Positions 1-11,082 of a stretch of DNA of 64,000 nucleotides are shown piece by piece. Each line of letters starts with the position of its first letter. Within the stretch, counting starts at the first letter, position 1. This DNA is from a virus. Taxonomy: Duplodnaviria > Caudoviricetes. The translations under genes were made by a program, and so were the position numbers. The stretch covers positions 8,233 to 72,232 of the IMG/VR virus record IMGVR_UViG_3300020577_013187. The stretch is one strand, 5' to 3'. The notes beneath the pieces are model-generated. The model saw only the letters and a program-made list of their open reading frames with translations, had not been told where the DNA came from and made no database searches.

Positions 1-3000
1 CCAAAAATAATATCATTAAGAGCAATTCTAGCAATTTCATTATCAGCAATAGCTATATTTGCACTAGGAGATAAAAATTGAACATCAACTACTCCATCAA
101 CTTCCATAATTAGATCGACTATTTCATTTAATATCACATCTTCACCAACACCCAAGCTATTAATGTAATCGCTAGTAAGGTCTGAAGCTTTATCTTGAAT
201 AAAAAGCCTATTATTCTCTTCTTGTAGAATCAATTTCATTTTTAATATCAAAGTTTTTACAATAGGAGGCAAAACTTCAATTTGAACACCAGCTGCCTTT
301 AGACCTGGATAATTTTCAAAATCACTATCAAGTCCATCTACTGTCCATTGAACTTTCTGAAGAAGTCCGGTATAGTATTCATAGCCATCTCTTCCTTCAG
401 CTTGCGCAGTAGAAAATTGCAACTCTAGATTAGCCAAACCATCAGTTACTTGAATTGATCCATCTGTGCCAGTCATTTTTGACGACATCTGAACTAAGGT
501 TCCTGAATTAGATAAAGCAATATCAGCCTTAGTTGTTAAAGAACTAACAACATCGCTATTAAGATAAGTAACAACATTCTTTGACGTTACTGGTATAATA
601 TAAAACTGATCTCCTGGAGAAATAGCATTTGATAAACCCGCTACTAAAACCATTTGACCAGTAGTTGCATTATAAGTTGAAACAAAAGAAGGCGTAAAAC
701 CTACGTTTGCTCCGCTAGTCCAAATAATTTTAAAATCTTTAAGATCATTATTGTTTGTAAATTTAAGATTGAAATTTTGACTGATTGAATCTATATTTGC
801 TATAAAAGTAGTATAAGGAGCAACCATATCTCCAGTTGTTACAACCCCTTTTAAACCAAAAGTAACTATAAAAGTATTATCAGTAGGATTTTTATCAACA
901 ACTACTGTTAAAGTATCTGTCTGAATAAAATTATAAGATCCAGGATCTCCTGAAACAATATAGGCAGTATGGCTATCATAGTTTATCGATTTACTACCAT
1001 TAGCAAATCCTATATTGTTAGCTGTACCAGTAAATCCTATTATTTCGATACTACCTGAATCGCCCCAAGTATTAGTTTGAATAATAACCTTATTTCCTGC
1101 TACTGAAGCTTTTCCACCAATTATTTGTTTATTAATGGCTATCACTACCTCTAAAGCTGTAGCAGCAGCAATGCTGATAAAGTCGCCAGTATTAAAAGTT
1201 AAAATTTGATTTGATCCACCATCAAGCTTAATAGTTAAAGTATCGCCATTTGTTAAGGCAAATGGTTGTGAATTAGAAGATACTAAATAAGCTCTAGAAT
1301 TAAAAGTACCTACCTCATACTTATCACCTGCAATAGCTGAAGAAGCTAATTCAATCTGTCCATTAAATCTATTCAAAGAAAAATCTTTATTGGCACCAAT
1401 GACTTCAATTGTATTAAAATTTAAAATAGCATTAGCTGACCCACCTGTAATGTGAATCTTTGAAGCAGCACTATTTTTAGTATTAGATATAATAATAATT
1501 TGATTTTGATCTGGATTAACCAGTGCTGAAGCACCTGATAAATCTAGATTAATTCTAACTGCTATTTCTTCAGCAGTAGCAGCCCCAGGAATCACAAAAT
1601 CAGTAATTTGAAATGTGATTGTTTGAGGATTGACTGTTTTTCCATCTACTATAACAGTCAAGGTTTCTCCACCAATCAAATTAAAAGGTTCAGCACCAAC
1701 AGATTGAACAGAAGCTGTTTGACCATCTTTATTAAGTAAAGTGATAGCACTATTTCGTGTTCTATAAAGATTAATAGTGTCAATTAGCTTTAAAGAAAAA
1801 TTTAATTTATTGGCTACATTGGCACTTCCACCAAGTACCGTAATATTTTCATTGGCATCAATCTTAGGACGCAAAACAACTCTTGTTCCACCTTCTTGAG
1901 TCCTTGCTTCAACTAGATCAGACTTTTGATTGATAGCTCTTGCGACCTCGTACCCTGTAACCTGACCAGTTTGTTTAAAATCATCAGAATTAAAAAGAAT
2001 AGTTTCAAAAGAATTTCCTACAGCAACACTAAGGTCATCACCATCAATAATTTTAAAAGGCCCAACATTCTGAGAGATGACTTGACTTTTGACAACAGGA
2101 AAATTATCTAATTGTAAAAATTGTTCTCCACCTGTAGCAGAATTTAGAATAATTTCATTTCCTACCCCATCACTAGAAGGTTCAAGGCCAGTTCCATCAT
2201 CAATAAAAAGATAAGCAATATCATCTAATGTGACTGCATCTATGATATTTGATGAAACCACTCTTTTATTATCATCAGCTGACTCAATTCCAATAACACC
2301 ACTACTTATGGCTTGTTTTGTTCCTCGACTTAAAGATTGAATCCAATTTCTAATTCTAGTTCTTAATTCTTCATCAGTTTCTCGATCTGTTCCATTGACA
2401 ATAGCATAGACATTGGAAACTTTAGCAGTAGAAAAAGGCAACGTATCAAATTGACTAATTGAACCAGCCGATACGTTTGAGTCAGCTCCAGCTAGAGTAG
2501 CAATAATAGGAACACCATCAATTTGGAGCTCTCCATCAAGAATAGTAGCTGCTTGAGTTGTTAAAAAAGTAATTTCATCAGAAACATCTGAAGCAGGCAC
2601 TTTAACAACAGTGCCTAAAGGAATCAGCCTATCTCCACCTTGAGATAAAACTACTATCTCATCAGTTCCATGATCATTAATCAATGATGAAGTAAGATTT
2701 ATTCTTGCAAAGCTGTTAAAATTAGTTATACTAGAGTAAGCTCTTGTCTCAACATTAGAAGTTCCTCGACCAATAATAACAGTACCAGTACTAGGGAATC
2801 CTGAAGAACTGTCTACATCAACATAATTCTGACCAGCAACAGGTCCTCTAGATATATTATAAATTTTTGTCTTGACTGGTATAATTCCATTATTAAAAAA
2901 ACTAACAGTACCCGTTGCTTTCTTAGAATCTAATCGAGTAAGACCAAATTCTTTTGCTCTATTGTCAAGATCGGTGCCTTCAGTAGTATCCAAAATATAA

Positions 3001-3176
3001 TTTCTTATAATTTGATACATTTGAAAATATTGTTGAGCATCCTCTTGAGAGGCAGTTTCTAAGAACGTAGTTACAACAGAACCAGGATTAATGTCATTAA
3101 CCCCAGTTTCTGCTAAAAACTTAGAAACCATATCAGCTAAAATTTGCTGAAAACTTTTTAATGTAAAACCAGCCAT
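1..3176 (-). CDS. Baseplate J-like wedge protein, at least 1058 aa, runs off the left edge (missing from the ORF track)
   Basis: ATG at 3176 gives MAGFTLKSFQQILADMVSKFLAETGVNDINPGSVVTTFLETASQE...DTTEGTDLDNRAKEFGLTRLDSKKATGTVSF; internal NGTDRETDEELRTRI; ends ...IADNEIARIALNDIIF at the edge. These are typical baseplate J motifs. Confidence 0.85.
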   Translation of the reverse strand, partial: MAGFTLKSFQQILADMVSKFLAETGVNDINPGSVVTTFLETASQEDAQQYFQMYQIIRNYILDTTEGTDLDNRAKEFGLTRLDSKKATGTVSFFNNGIIPVKTKIYNISRGPVAGQNYVDVDSSSGFPSTGTVIIGRGTSNVETRAYSSITNFNSFARINLTSSLINDHGTDEIVVLSQGGDRLIPLGTVVKVPASDVSDEITFLTTQAATILDGELQIDGVPIIATLAGADSNVSAGSISQFDTLPFSTAKVSNVYAIVNGTDRETDEELRTRIRNWIQSLSRGTKQAISSGVIGIESADDNKRVVSSNIIDAVTLDDIAYLFIDDGTGLEPSSDGVGNEIILNSATGGEQFLQLDNFPVVKSQVISQNVGPFKIIDGDDLSVAVGNSFETILFNSDDFKQTGQVTGYEVARAINQKSDLVEARTQEGGTRVVLRPKIDANENITVLGGSANVANKLNFSLKLIDTINLYRTRNSAITLLNKDGQTASVQSVGAEPFNLIGGETLTVIVDGKTVNPQTITFQITDFVIPGAATAEEIAVRINLDLSGASALVNPDQNQIIIISNTKNSAASKIHITGGSANAILNFNTIEVIGANKDFSLNRFNGQIELASSAIAGDKYEVGTFNSRAYLVSSNSQPFALTNGDTLTIKLDGGSNQILTFNTGDFISIAAATALEVVIAINKQIIGGKASVAGNKVIIQTNTWGDSGSIEIIGFTGTANNIGFANGSKSINYDSHTAYIVSGDPGSYNFIQTDTLTVVVDKNPTDNTFIVTFGLKGVVTTGDMVAPYTTFIANIDSISQNFNLKFTNNNDLKDFKIIWTSGANVGFTPSFVSTYNATTGQMVLVAGLSNAISPGDQFYIIPVTSKNVVTYLNSDVVSSLTTKADIALSNSGTLVQMSSKMTGTDGSIQVTDGLANLELQFSTAQAEGRDGYEYYTGLLQKVQWTVDGLDSDFENYPGLKAAGVQIEVLPPIVKTLILKMKLILQEENNRLFIQDKASDLTSDYINSLGVGEDVILNEIVDLIMEVDGVVDVQFLSPSANIAIADNEIARIALNDIIF

Positions 3177-3179
3177 ATT

Positions 3180-5222
3180 TTAAACTCGAATCGTTAAAGG
3201 TACAGGAATTAATAAATGTTTAATAATCAAATTCAAATCAATATAGATAGCACTGCCCTCTACTTTAAAGGAAAGATCTTTTATACCAGAAAATCTTGCA
3301 TCTGCTAAAATAGAATTAACTAGGTCATCTCTTATATCCAAACCATCTCTTAGCTTATTTCCAATATTTAATCCTACACCAATTTGAGGATGATATTTTA
3401 AAGAACCTTTTTCATATGCAATCTTTAAGATAACAGCTTGACCAGCATTATCGCCACCTGCTATTAATTTAAAATCATTTGTGTTGGTAATAATAAAGTC
3501 AAAATCTTTTGTGACTTTTATGTCAACACCTAGATTTCTTTCAATTTCAGTAAAATTATTAGTTATAGCTAATTCCCTAGTAAAAGGAATATTGCTTAAT
3601 TCAGGAGTATTCTCCCTTGGAATTAAGATTTTGTCACCATTTCTTTTTACATCTGTCAAGCTAAGATCATCAGAAATATAAGGAGCCTTTAAATGATTTA
3701 AGACAGCAATATCAATCCATCGCTGGGCGTCCCCTAAATATTCAGCTGCTAATGATTCTAAAGTCTGGCCATTTTGTAACAAAACTTCATCAACTGATTG
3801 AGGAAATGGAATTAAGCTAGAATCATTATATTTTGTTTGAACATCATTGACATAATCATTTAAGGTTTCACCAAATAGCTCATTAGCTGATAATATATAT
3901 TGACAAGCTCTATGGGCTAACTCTAGCCCCATAAAAGCATCTAGCTCATCAGGTCGAGCTGTTCTATTTGTTCTATTGGGGCTAAATTCAGGTGTGCGAC
4001 CTACAAAAATATCATAATCTGAATCTCCACCACCAGTTTTATCTGCTAAATTATCTCGACACTCTTTTAAATTAATTACTAAATCACCATAAAAACTCTT
4101 TGGCTTTAAAACAGAATCTCTAATAGCTATATTAAATAGAATTTTTTCATCATTAGTCAATTGACTTACAGTCAAAGCTTCTTTTGCTTCTGTTGTAAGA
4201 ATACTAAACGCTTTATACTTATTGGTTTGAGATTCTTTAAGAGTGTCAACAGGAAATTTTATTTCAGCAAAGCGAACATCACCTTGTCTTTTAAGTTGTT
4301 TTCCATTATCTAAAAAAGCCTTAACTGTTCTGTCTGACAACTCAAATAAAACACTCCTGGGTAGATCTATTAAGGTATATGTAAAACCTCTTAAAGATTT
4401 AAAAGCAAGACTAGCGGTCTCAATAGGCTCTAAAATAGTTTCAACAAAATCTCTTTTAACATTTTGAAGTAATTGAGTTGAACTTAAAATTAAAACTCTA
4501 GCTCTTTGAATATAGTCAGTTACTCTATTAATTACATTGTCAATTTTATTAAATAATTCACCCAATAAACCACCTGCAGGAGCAGGCTTCTTCATTCCTA
4601 AAACTCTTAAAGCAATCTTATAATTATAAAGAAAGGGTCCTGAAGAACTTCTATCCATTGAAAATCTTACAGGTTCAACTATAAGATATTCGTTGTCTTT
4701 TCTATTAATAAAGTAAAGTTGAGTATTTCTTTGATTGGGATCTTTTTTTATTTCAGCATAAGATCTAAGATAATTCCTCAATTGCTGAAAATATTCATAC
4801 CCTGAGACACTATTATTAGGTCTCATACCAGTTGTACCACTGATATTTAAATCTTTAAAAATTACACCATTATGTTCTGCTATTACACCTCTTTGAGTAG
4901 GGGTAACAACAATTGAAAAAATTTCATCTTGAGTTATATTTGAAGGATTAATAGGGAGTTGAAATTCATCAAATAAACCACCACCTGAAGGAGTGCCAAC
5001 AAGTTTAAAAATACCACTTAAAGGACTATTTGATCCAAATAAAGGAGAAGAAACGCCTACTACCTTAAAACTGTAGGGAAGATTGAGCTTCCAGTTTCCA
5101 GGAATAATTCTATTGGTTACATTTTCAAATTGAGTGTAAGGGCCAGTTCTCCCCTGGCCCAAGACTCCCTCGAAAGTACCAACTACATCACTTATTGCTG
5201 ATATTATTTTTCCTAATCCCAT
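3180..5222 (-). CDS. Baseplate protein: tube-initiator-like N-terminus, LysM/tail-X-like segment and C-terminal gp25/GPW-like wedge domain
   Basis: GQTLESLAAEYLGDAQRWIDIAVLN (LysM/gpX-like); C-terminal LKYHPQIGVGL...ILADARFSGIKDLSFKVEGSAIYIDL (gp25-like); position in the baseplate cluster. Confidence 0.6.
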   Translation of the reverse strand: MGLGKIISAISDVVGTFEGVLGQGRTGPYTQFENVTNRIIPGNWKLNLPYSFKVVGVSSPLFGSNSPLSGIFKLVGTPSGGGLFDEFQLPINPSNITQDEIFSIVVTPTQRGVIAEHNGVIFKDLNISGTTGMRPNNSVSGYEYFQQLRNYLRSYAEIKKDPNQRNTQLYFINRKDNEYLIVEPVRFSMDRSSSGPFLYNYKIALRVLGMKKPAPAGGLLGELFNKIDNVINRVTDYIQRARVLILSSTQLLQNVKRDFVETILEPIETASLAFKSLRGFTYTLIDLPRSVLFELSDRTVKAFLDNGKQLKRQGDVRFAEIKFPVDTLKESQTNKYKAFSILTTEAKEALTVSQLTNDEKILFNIAIRDSVLKPKSFYGDLVINLKECRDNLADKTGGGDSDYDIFVGRTPEFSPNRTNRTARPDELDAFMGLELAHRACQYILSANELFGETLNDYVNDVQTKYNDSSLIPFPQSVDEVLLQNGQTLESLAAEYLGDAQRWIDIAVLNHLKAPYISDDLSLTDVKRNGDKILIPRENTPELSNIPFTRELAITNNFTEIERNLGVDIKVTKDFDFIITNTNDFKLIAGGDNAGQAVILKIAYEKGSLKYHPQIGVGLNIGNKLRDGLDIRDDLVNSILADARFSGIKDLSFKVEGSAIYIDLNLIIKHLLIPVPLTIRV

Positions 5223-5223
5223 A

Positions 5224-6114
5224 TTAAGCAGCTGTCACAACACTAGTCAAAGAACTAAAAGTTTGACTAGGTGGTGTATTATCACTAGAATGAGTATGAC
5301 TGTTTAAATAATTGACTAAATCATTACCTAAAGGTAAGGGCTGACCCCCACTACCCAAAGATACACTTGGCCCAGTGACGGAAACACCACTACCACCTGA
5401 AACAGTAGTAGCAGCAGCAGAACTTATAGTTGTTGGTCCACTTGCATTAATAGCCATAGTTCCAGTACTATTAATTGTTGAATTTCCATCTGTACTAATA
5501 GAAGTATTGCCTTTTGTATTGATAGTTGTGTCTTTCGTTGCATTAATTGTTAAATTCCCAGTTGGGCCATCAAATTCAATTTTATTGTCTTTAAAAATTA
5601 AAGTTAACTTTCCAGTTTTATCAATATTCCAAGCTAACCCTTGAAACTGACCCTTTAGTCTAGTTCCATCATCTTCAGTTGCACCATATTCTTGATTATT
5701 AGGCTGAGGCCAAGCTCCTGTAATTATTGGAAAATTATAGTTACCATTCAAAAACTGAACCATGATATGGCTACTATCAGTATCTTCTGGAGGAGTTCTA
5801 TCTCCTAAATCTTTTCCTTTTAAAACTTGAGTTTTAGGTTGATAGACAACTTCATTAAAATTTTTATCTCCACCAAAACCACACATAGGAGTAATATTAG
5901 TTATAATCTCACCCTTTCTTACCCCTGAAGTTACAATAGCATCATATTCAACCCATCTTTTACTTCTATTCTTGGGATCTCCTTTAGGATAAGATCTTAA
6001 AATAGCAGCTTTAAAAATACCATGATTCTTATACTTACTTGATGGCGTCGGCCTTTGATTCAATCTAGTATTTGAATTAAAAACATGGCCGTCTTTATAA
6101 GTTAGAGAGGACAT
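5224..6114 (-). CDS. Baseplate central spike (gp5/gpV-like)
   Basis: OB-fold-like N-terminus with VQFLNGNYNFPIITG, Thr/Ser-rich beta-helix repeats, C-terminal NSHTHS (HxH metal-binding tip). Confidence 0.7.
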   Translation of the reverse strand: MSSLTYKDGHVFNSNTRLNQRPTPSSKYKNHGIFKAAILRSYPKGDPKNRSKRWVEYDAIVTSGVRKGEIITNITPMCGFGGDKNFNEVVYQPKTQVLKGKDLGDRTPPEDTDSSHIMVQFLNGNYNFPIITGAWPQPNNQEYGATEDDGTRLKGQFQGLAWNIDKTGKLTLIFKDNKIEFDGPTGNLTINATKDTTINTKGNTSISTDGNSTINSTGTMAINASGPTTISSAAATTVSGGSGVSVTGPSVSLGSGGQPLPLGNDLVNYLNSHTHSSDNTPPSQTFSSLTSVVTAA

Positions 6115-7606
6115 TTCTTAATCCTTTCGCTCCCTGAGCAAGCTTATCTAGCCCTAAATTCGAACTTGTTGAGTCAAAATTTTTATCGTTTGGTCTTATA
6201 TAAGAAGTAATTGGCAAACCATTTTTTTCAGTAACTTGAGTGGTAGCTGTAGAATCTACAAATTCACCTTCTTTAGTCAAACCATGAGTTACACTTAAAG
6301 TCACAACAATAGAGCTACCAAATGACCAGTCATATTGTACACCTTCTACCATAAAAATTTTATTTAATTCTGGGACTAGATAAAAATTTCCTATTTCAAA
6401 ATCATATTTTCCTCGTAATTCAATAGTCCCATTCTCCAATCTATAATAATTAAACCAATATTCAGCAAGCTCATCAACCCAAGTATATAAAATTTCACCC
6501 AATGTATTCGATTGATCGAATGCAAACTCAGTATTTCTTTCAAATCTTCTTAGTCCAAATCTTTTTATAAGCTCTCTATTTACTCTAGGAAAATCTGCCG
6601 AACCCTTTCCTGCTAAAGCAAAAACTTTATCTTCAATTAAATCATTTGTAGGCCATAGAGCTATAAAATTAAAAACCTCATGATCACTCGTACCTAAATT
6701 GAGATTGACCACCTTATCTAAAGATACTTGATACTTTGGATTATTTATTGTTTCATTTGCTCTTTCTAATAATTTTTCTTTTCTTAATGGTTGCTTTCTT
6801 AATATTAGAGTTGGCTTGCCATCTCTTAAATCAAGATAAAGTTCGTTAACAACAGCATTGCATCCTTGTTGAAGAGTATTCCAAAGGCTACCACTCATAA
6901 CTCTTGAGATATCTCTAGTAAAAGAATAACCTTCTTTTACATCATCATTTAATTTTTGTACCAATATGTCATAAAAGGAAACAGCCACCTGCTTTTCTCG
7001 ATCTTCACCTTGTAAATCTTTATAAAGATCATAGGGGACAAAAAGACTATAAAGAAGATCTTCTAACCCTTGTTTTTTAGCATCCCCTAAAAATAAATTT
7101 AAATAACCTACAATAAAATCATAAGGAGTACCTTGAATTGCATAGCCTGCAGTCAAATGATAAAGTTGTTGAACTGACTGATCAGCATAAGGGTTATAAT
7201 ACATTTCTGTTTGATTAAGAACTTTTCCTATTCCACCCCCACTTACAACATATGTTCGAGTAACTGAACCATCTTCATTTGTAGAAGTATTTAAGGCAAC
7301 TCGATCAATATTTCCTATACAACGCAAACCAGTTCTATCTTTTAGGTTAATATTTTTTTCATCATCAAGATAAATCATTACCCAGTCACCTGGCTTAATT
7401 ACATCAGGATAATTCATTTTAGGTTTTAAAACCATTTGAAATGTTTCAAATGGTGAACCTTTTTCTCTTCCTATGGCACATTGAATTATAGCATCATCTT
7501 CAATAAAAGATGCTGTTTTTGAACTACCTGTAAAACTAGATCTTTCTTCGTAATTATAAAATTTAGCAACACACCGGTTTCTTGTATTTATTATTTTATC
7601 TGCCAT
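6095..7606 (-). CDS. Baseplate hub protein (gp27/gpD-like)
   Basis: 503 aa between tape measure and spike; LIKRFGLRRFE and GTIELRG motifs typical of hub proteins. Confidence 0.6.
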   Translation of the reverse strand: MADKIINTRNRCVAKFYNYEERSSFTGSSKTASFIEDDAIIQCAIGREKGSPFETFQMVLKPKMNYPDVIKPGDWVMIYLDDEKNINLKDRTGLRCIGNIDRVALNTSTNEDGSVTRTYVVSGGGIGKVLNQTEMYYNPYADQSVQQLYHLTAGYAIQGTPYDFIVGYLNLFLGDAKKQGLEDLLYSLFVPYDLYKDLQGEDREKQVAVSFYDILVQKLNDDVKEGYSFTRDISRVMSGSLWNTLQQGCNAVVNELYLDLRDGKPTLILRKQPLRKEKLLERANETINNPKYQVSLDKVVNLNLGTSDHEVFNFIALWPTNDLIEDKVFALAGKGSADFPRVNRELIKRFGLRRFERNTEFAFDQSNTLGEILYTWVDELAEYWFNYYRLENGTIELRGKYDFEIGNFYLVPELNKIFMVEGVQYDWSFGSSIVVTLSVTHGLTKEGEFVDSTATTQVTEKNGLPITSYIRPNDKNFDSTSSNLGLDKLAQGAKGLRNVLSNL

Positions 7607-7607
7607 A

Positions 7608-10166
7608 TTAAACTACCGTCTCAGAATGATTTAAAGCATATTGATTAATCTGAGAAATTTGACTACTAATTACAGGTTTTTTCTTTTGTTTTTCTTGCAT
7701 CATTTTTAATGTTTTGTTAAGCTCTTTTATATCAGCACCTGACATATTCATATTGTATTTATCTGAATCGTTGTTTTCAACCTTAGATTGCTCTTTTATC
7801 TTTTGATCTTTAAACATTTCATAAGCATTTTGTAAACTTTCAACAACAGTCGTCTGCTCCTTATTGCTCTTACTTTGAATATTTGCAAATTGATTAGCTT
7901 TATTGACAATATTTCTATCATGCCAACCAACGTCTTTAGGGTCAATATATCCTTTAATTGCTTCAGAAAAATTTCCATGACGTCTTTTTAATAAATCTTT
8001 TACATATCTTGCAGCAGCATCCGATGACTTAACAGGATCTAATCTGTCAGCCTCATCCTTTAGGCCATACATCTTACCAGTTCCTGTAGTAAATTGAAAT
8101 AAACCTTGTCCACCTGGTAAATTAACATTTTTATTCCAAGCTTTTGCACCAGCTTTCCAAGAAGATTCTTGAGTTATAATACCTCTTAAATAGTTAGGAT
8201 CGATTCCATGTCTTAAAGCAGCATCAACAACAATAGGGTCATATTTTCTAAAATTCTCTATACTCTGTTTATTAAAATTTAATTTTTTTAAATCTTCATC
8301 TGATATTGGTTTAAAATTTTTATTATATGTTGCAGTAGACGGTAAATTACTAAAATCAGTATTAGAATAACTACCAGAGCGCCCCCCCATAGTTTTACCA
8401 GCATTATATTTTGTAGGTTGAGTTCCTTTATCTAAATCATTAATAGCTCTAGAAGCAGGATCATTCCCACCCATATAGCTAGGCATTCCACCCCCATTAC
8501 CACTACTGCCCATCTGAGCTTTTTTCATTGCCTCAGCAACATCATTGCTCACAGTACCAAAAACATCATTTAATATACCTTTACCACTGCCAAGTCCAAG
8601 AAAATCTAAAATCTTATTTAATCCAGCTACAAGACCATCAGCGATTTCTAGCTTAATATCTTGCAATAAAGAATTCATTTTTAAAAGCGTATTGTCACTG
8701 CTTTGAAGATAATCTAAGCTTGTCTTTTGTTGTTCTTGAACAACTTTTGCTTGCTCTTGTAAAAATTTTTGCCTATCAGCTTCTGTCTTTGTTAAAAAAC
8801 CTTTAAACAAAGCCATAGAAGTATCATCAGATATATTTCCACCTGATTTTTTAACAAGATTAGTAAAAGCCATTGTAACTTGCTTTAACTGATCACCAGA
8901 AAGTTGGTCTAAACCACCACCAGCTTTTATTTTAGAATGTGTAGCTTGATCTAAAAAATTAGAAAGATATTGTTCAACTCTTTGAGGAGCATCTTGACTA
9001 TTAAATAATCCTTGTCTTGATTGATATAAAAGATCTGTGGTACTTCTCCCCTGACCTTTATATAATTGAGCTAAAGATTGAACTGCTAAACCTGTTCCAG
9101 TACCTCCACCAGTAAATAAGCTATCTAGGCCACCAATTGCACCCATGGTTCTACCACTATTTTGCTGAAAATAGGAAGAACCTGACATAGTTCTCATAAC
9201 TAGATCAGAAATAACTTTAGGATCAACATTGCGTGTTTGAGCTAATGTTTCTGTTTTATCTGCTATTGACTGTAGAATTTCAATACTTCTAGATTGATCA
9301 AATCCAGCAGCAACAGCACCAGCTAAAGTATCTTTGATTAATTTAAAAGATTCTTTATTTGAGCTACCTGATTGTCGAAAACTACCTGCAGCACCAAAGA
9401 GTTGACTAGGATCTTGTCCGGTCGTCCTACTTAAAAGTTGAAAAGAATTCAAACGATCTGTACTTCCTGTAGCCCGTAGTAATTCTTCAGCATGACCTCT
9501 TGATTCATCTTTAGAAAAACCAAATTGAGATCCAGTAGCTTCAACTTCATCTAATCTCTTTTGACTTAGTCCCAAACCTCTTAAACGAATTCTACCCGAA
9601 GCAGCTTCAATAGCAGGGGCTATTAAACTAGACATTACTCGAATAGCAACACCAGTTGCCAACAACCCAGCTGTTGCTACAGTAGCTACTTTACCAAAAC
9701 TACTATTTAAAAATCCACCGCCTGAATCACCACCCGAAACACTATTATTTTTGTTCTGATCTTTTACAACCTTACTTAAATCATTTAGTCTTCTTTTTTC
9801 TTGATTATAATCTTTGACAGCAGCTTCAAGTTGACTCTTTCTAGCTTGTATATCAGTATCGCTAATTGAACTGCCAACGCCACCTTTATTGCTAGCAGTT
9901 AATCTTCTACCACTATTTATTTCTGCATTTAATTTTTTAACAAGATCAGCTTGATTTTTTAAAACATCTTGTTGAAACTTAATCTCTTTAGATAATTTTT
10001 GAGCTTCTTGAGTAGTCTTTTGAAACTCTTGAGACGCACCTTTGCCACCAACCTTAAGAGTATCTTTTGTAAGATCATTAAAGGCAGACTTCAATTGCTT
10101 GAAGCCAGACATGGCACTGCCAACATCACTAGATATTCTAATTTGGTGATCTGCCATTATTCCCAC
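7608..10166 (-). CDS. Tape measure protein with C-terminal SLT-like lytic transglycosylase domain
   Basis: Helical Ala/Gly-rich N-terminus; AALRHGIDPNYLRGIITQESSW...GQGLFQF catalytic motif; lies downstream of tube and chaperones. Confidence 0.85.
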   Translation of the reverse strand: MGIMADHQIRISSDVGSAMSGFKQLKSAFNDLTKDTLKVGGKGASQEFQKTTQEAQKLSKEIKFQQDVLKNQADLVKKLNAEINSGRRLTASNKGGVGSSISDTDIQARKSQLEAAVKDYNQEKRRLNDLSKVVKDQNKNNSVSGGDSGGGFLNSSFGKVATVATAGLLATGVAIRVMSSLIAPAIEAASGRIRLRGLGLSQKRLDEVEATGSQFGFSKDESRGHAEELLRATGSTDRLNSFQLLSRTTGQDPSQLFGAAGSFRQSGSSNKESFKLIKDTLAGAVAAGFDQSRSIEILQSIADKTETLAQTRNVDPKVISDLVMRTMSGSSYFQQNSGRTMGAIGGLDSLFTGGGTGTGLAVQSLAQLYKGQGRSTTDLLYQSRQGLFNSQDAPQRVEQYLSNFLDQATHSKIKAGGGLDQLSGDQLKQVTMAFTNLVKKSGGNISDDTSMALFKGFLTKTEADRQKFLQEQAKVVQEQQKTSLDYLQSSDNTLLKMNSLLQDIKLEIADGLVAGLNKILDFLGLGSGKGILNDVFGTVSNDVAEAMKKAQMGSSGNGGGMPSYMGGNDPASRAINDLDKGTQPTKYNAGKTMGGRSGSYSNTDFSNLPSTATYNKNFKPISDEDLKKLNFNKQSIENFRKYDPIVVDAALRHGIDPNYLRGIITQESSWKAGAKAWNKNVNLPGGQGLFQFTTGTGKMYGLKDEADRLDPVKSSDAAARYVKDLLKRRHGNFSEAIKGYIDPKDVGWHDRNIVNKANQFANIQSKSNKEQTTVVESLQNAYEMFKDQKIKEQSKVENNDSDKYNMNMSGADIKELNKTLKMMQEKQKKKPVISSQISQINQYALNHSETVV

Positions 10167-10542
10167 CTAAGACTTGAAATTCATCATCAAAGACAACTTC
10201 TTTTCCACTATCTTTAGAAAATTCTTCACTAAAAGCATGTTCAGGAGTATAATCTTCTCCCATAATTTGCTTAAACCATTCTTCATCTGAAGAACTATCA
10301 ATTAAGTTATTTTTTATCTCAAAGTTATTAAGTTCTTGAGGATTAGCCCTATAATAATCAGTATAGTATTCAACAATCAATTCTTCTAGAGTTTTATCTA
10401 ACAATAATGGATGATTATCTGGTAGTTTGTATTTTTCTGACCACCACTGTTTTAAAAAATCCTTAAACTCTTCTAAATCAGATACAGAATTTCTTCTGAT
10501 TCTGTATCTGGCTATAGACTTTAAATTATTATAGGAAAACAT
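10138..10542 (-). CDS. Tail assembly chaperone (second)
   Basis: Position between the first chaperone and tape measure; TAATG coupling; WWSEKYKLP motif. Confidence 0.55.
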   Translation of the reverse strand: MFSYNNLKSIARYRIRRNSVSDLEEFKDFLKQWWSEKYKLPDNHPLLLDKTLEELIVEYYTDYYRANPQELNNFEIKNNLIDSSSDEEWFKQIMGEDYTPEHAFSEEFSKDSGKEVVFDDEFQVLGGNNGRSPN

Positions 10543-10916
10543 TACTCTTTTATAACATCTTTGGGGTTATCACCAAAAACTTTTTTTTCAAATTGATCAT
10601 CAAATTCTTTACATTTATTATATATTTGAATAACAACCGATGCATCATAAAGATCTTGACCATTATTAGAGTTCTTCCACCAGTCAGGAGCTGAGATAAC
10701 ACAGTGTTGAAGAAAAGCTATAATAAAAAACATTCCTTTAACTTCAGAAGAAAGACCTTGAACATCTCCTATTGAACGTGCTACTGTAGTTTGAATGGCC
10801 AATTCTTTTCCTAAAGAAGGTCTCTTATAGGTAAAATTTCCTTCTAATTTTTGTTTAGTGCTTGGATCTTCAACTGAAATAAAAAAGGTTGTTTCGTTTG
10901 AAGGTAATTGGAGCAT
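10542..10916 (-). CDS. Tail assembly chaperone
   Basis: Directly after tail tube; FTYKRPSL...APDWW pattern typical of myovirus chaperones. Confidence 0.6.
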   Translation of the reverse strand: MLQLPSNETTFFISVEDPSTKQKLEGNFTYKRPSLGKELAIQTTVARSIGDVQGLSSEVKGMFFIIAFLQHCVISAPDWWKNSNNGQDLYDASVVIQIYNKCKEFDDQFEKKVFGDNPKDVIKE

Positions 10917-11029
10917 ATTTTTTTATCCTTTAGTTTAATATGTTTTTTCTATTATAGCATATTTTTAGATTGACATATAAGATAAAAGTGATATTGGTAT
11001 TGTTATATTTTGCCAGATACAATTTAGCC

Positions 11030-11082
11030 TTGGCCAAACACCGGGTTTTGTTTGGAGGGCGGGGCAACCCGCCTTCTTTCGT
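11030..11082 (+). ncRNA. Candidate small structured RNA, antisense to the structural operon
   Basis: GC-rich island: hairpin ccaaaca/tgtttgg (11034-11055) followed by gagggcggg-GCAA-cccgccttc (11055-11076, GNRA loop) and tttc; TTGACA at 10970-10975 upstream. Confidence 0.4.

Noticed and set aside
10542-10600. A-AAA-AAA run near the end of the first tail chaperone as a G/GT-type -1 frameshift site
   Set aside because: The -1 frame hits TGA TAA within a few codons, before the second chaperone, which has its own TAATG-coupled start.
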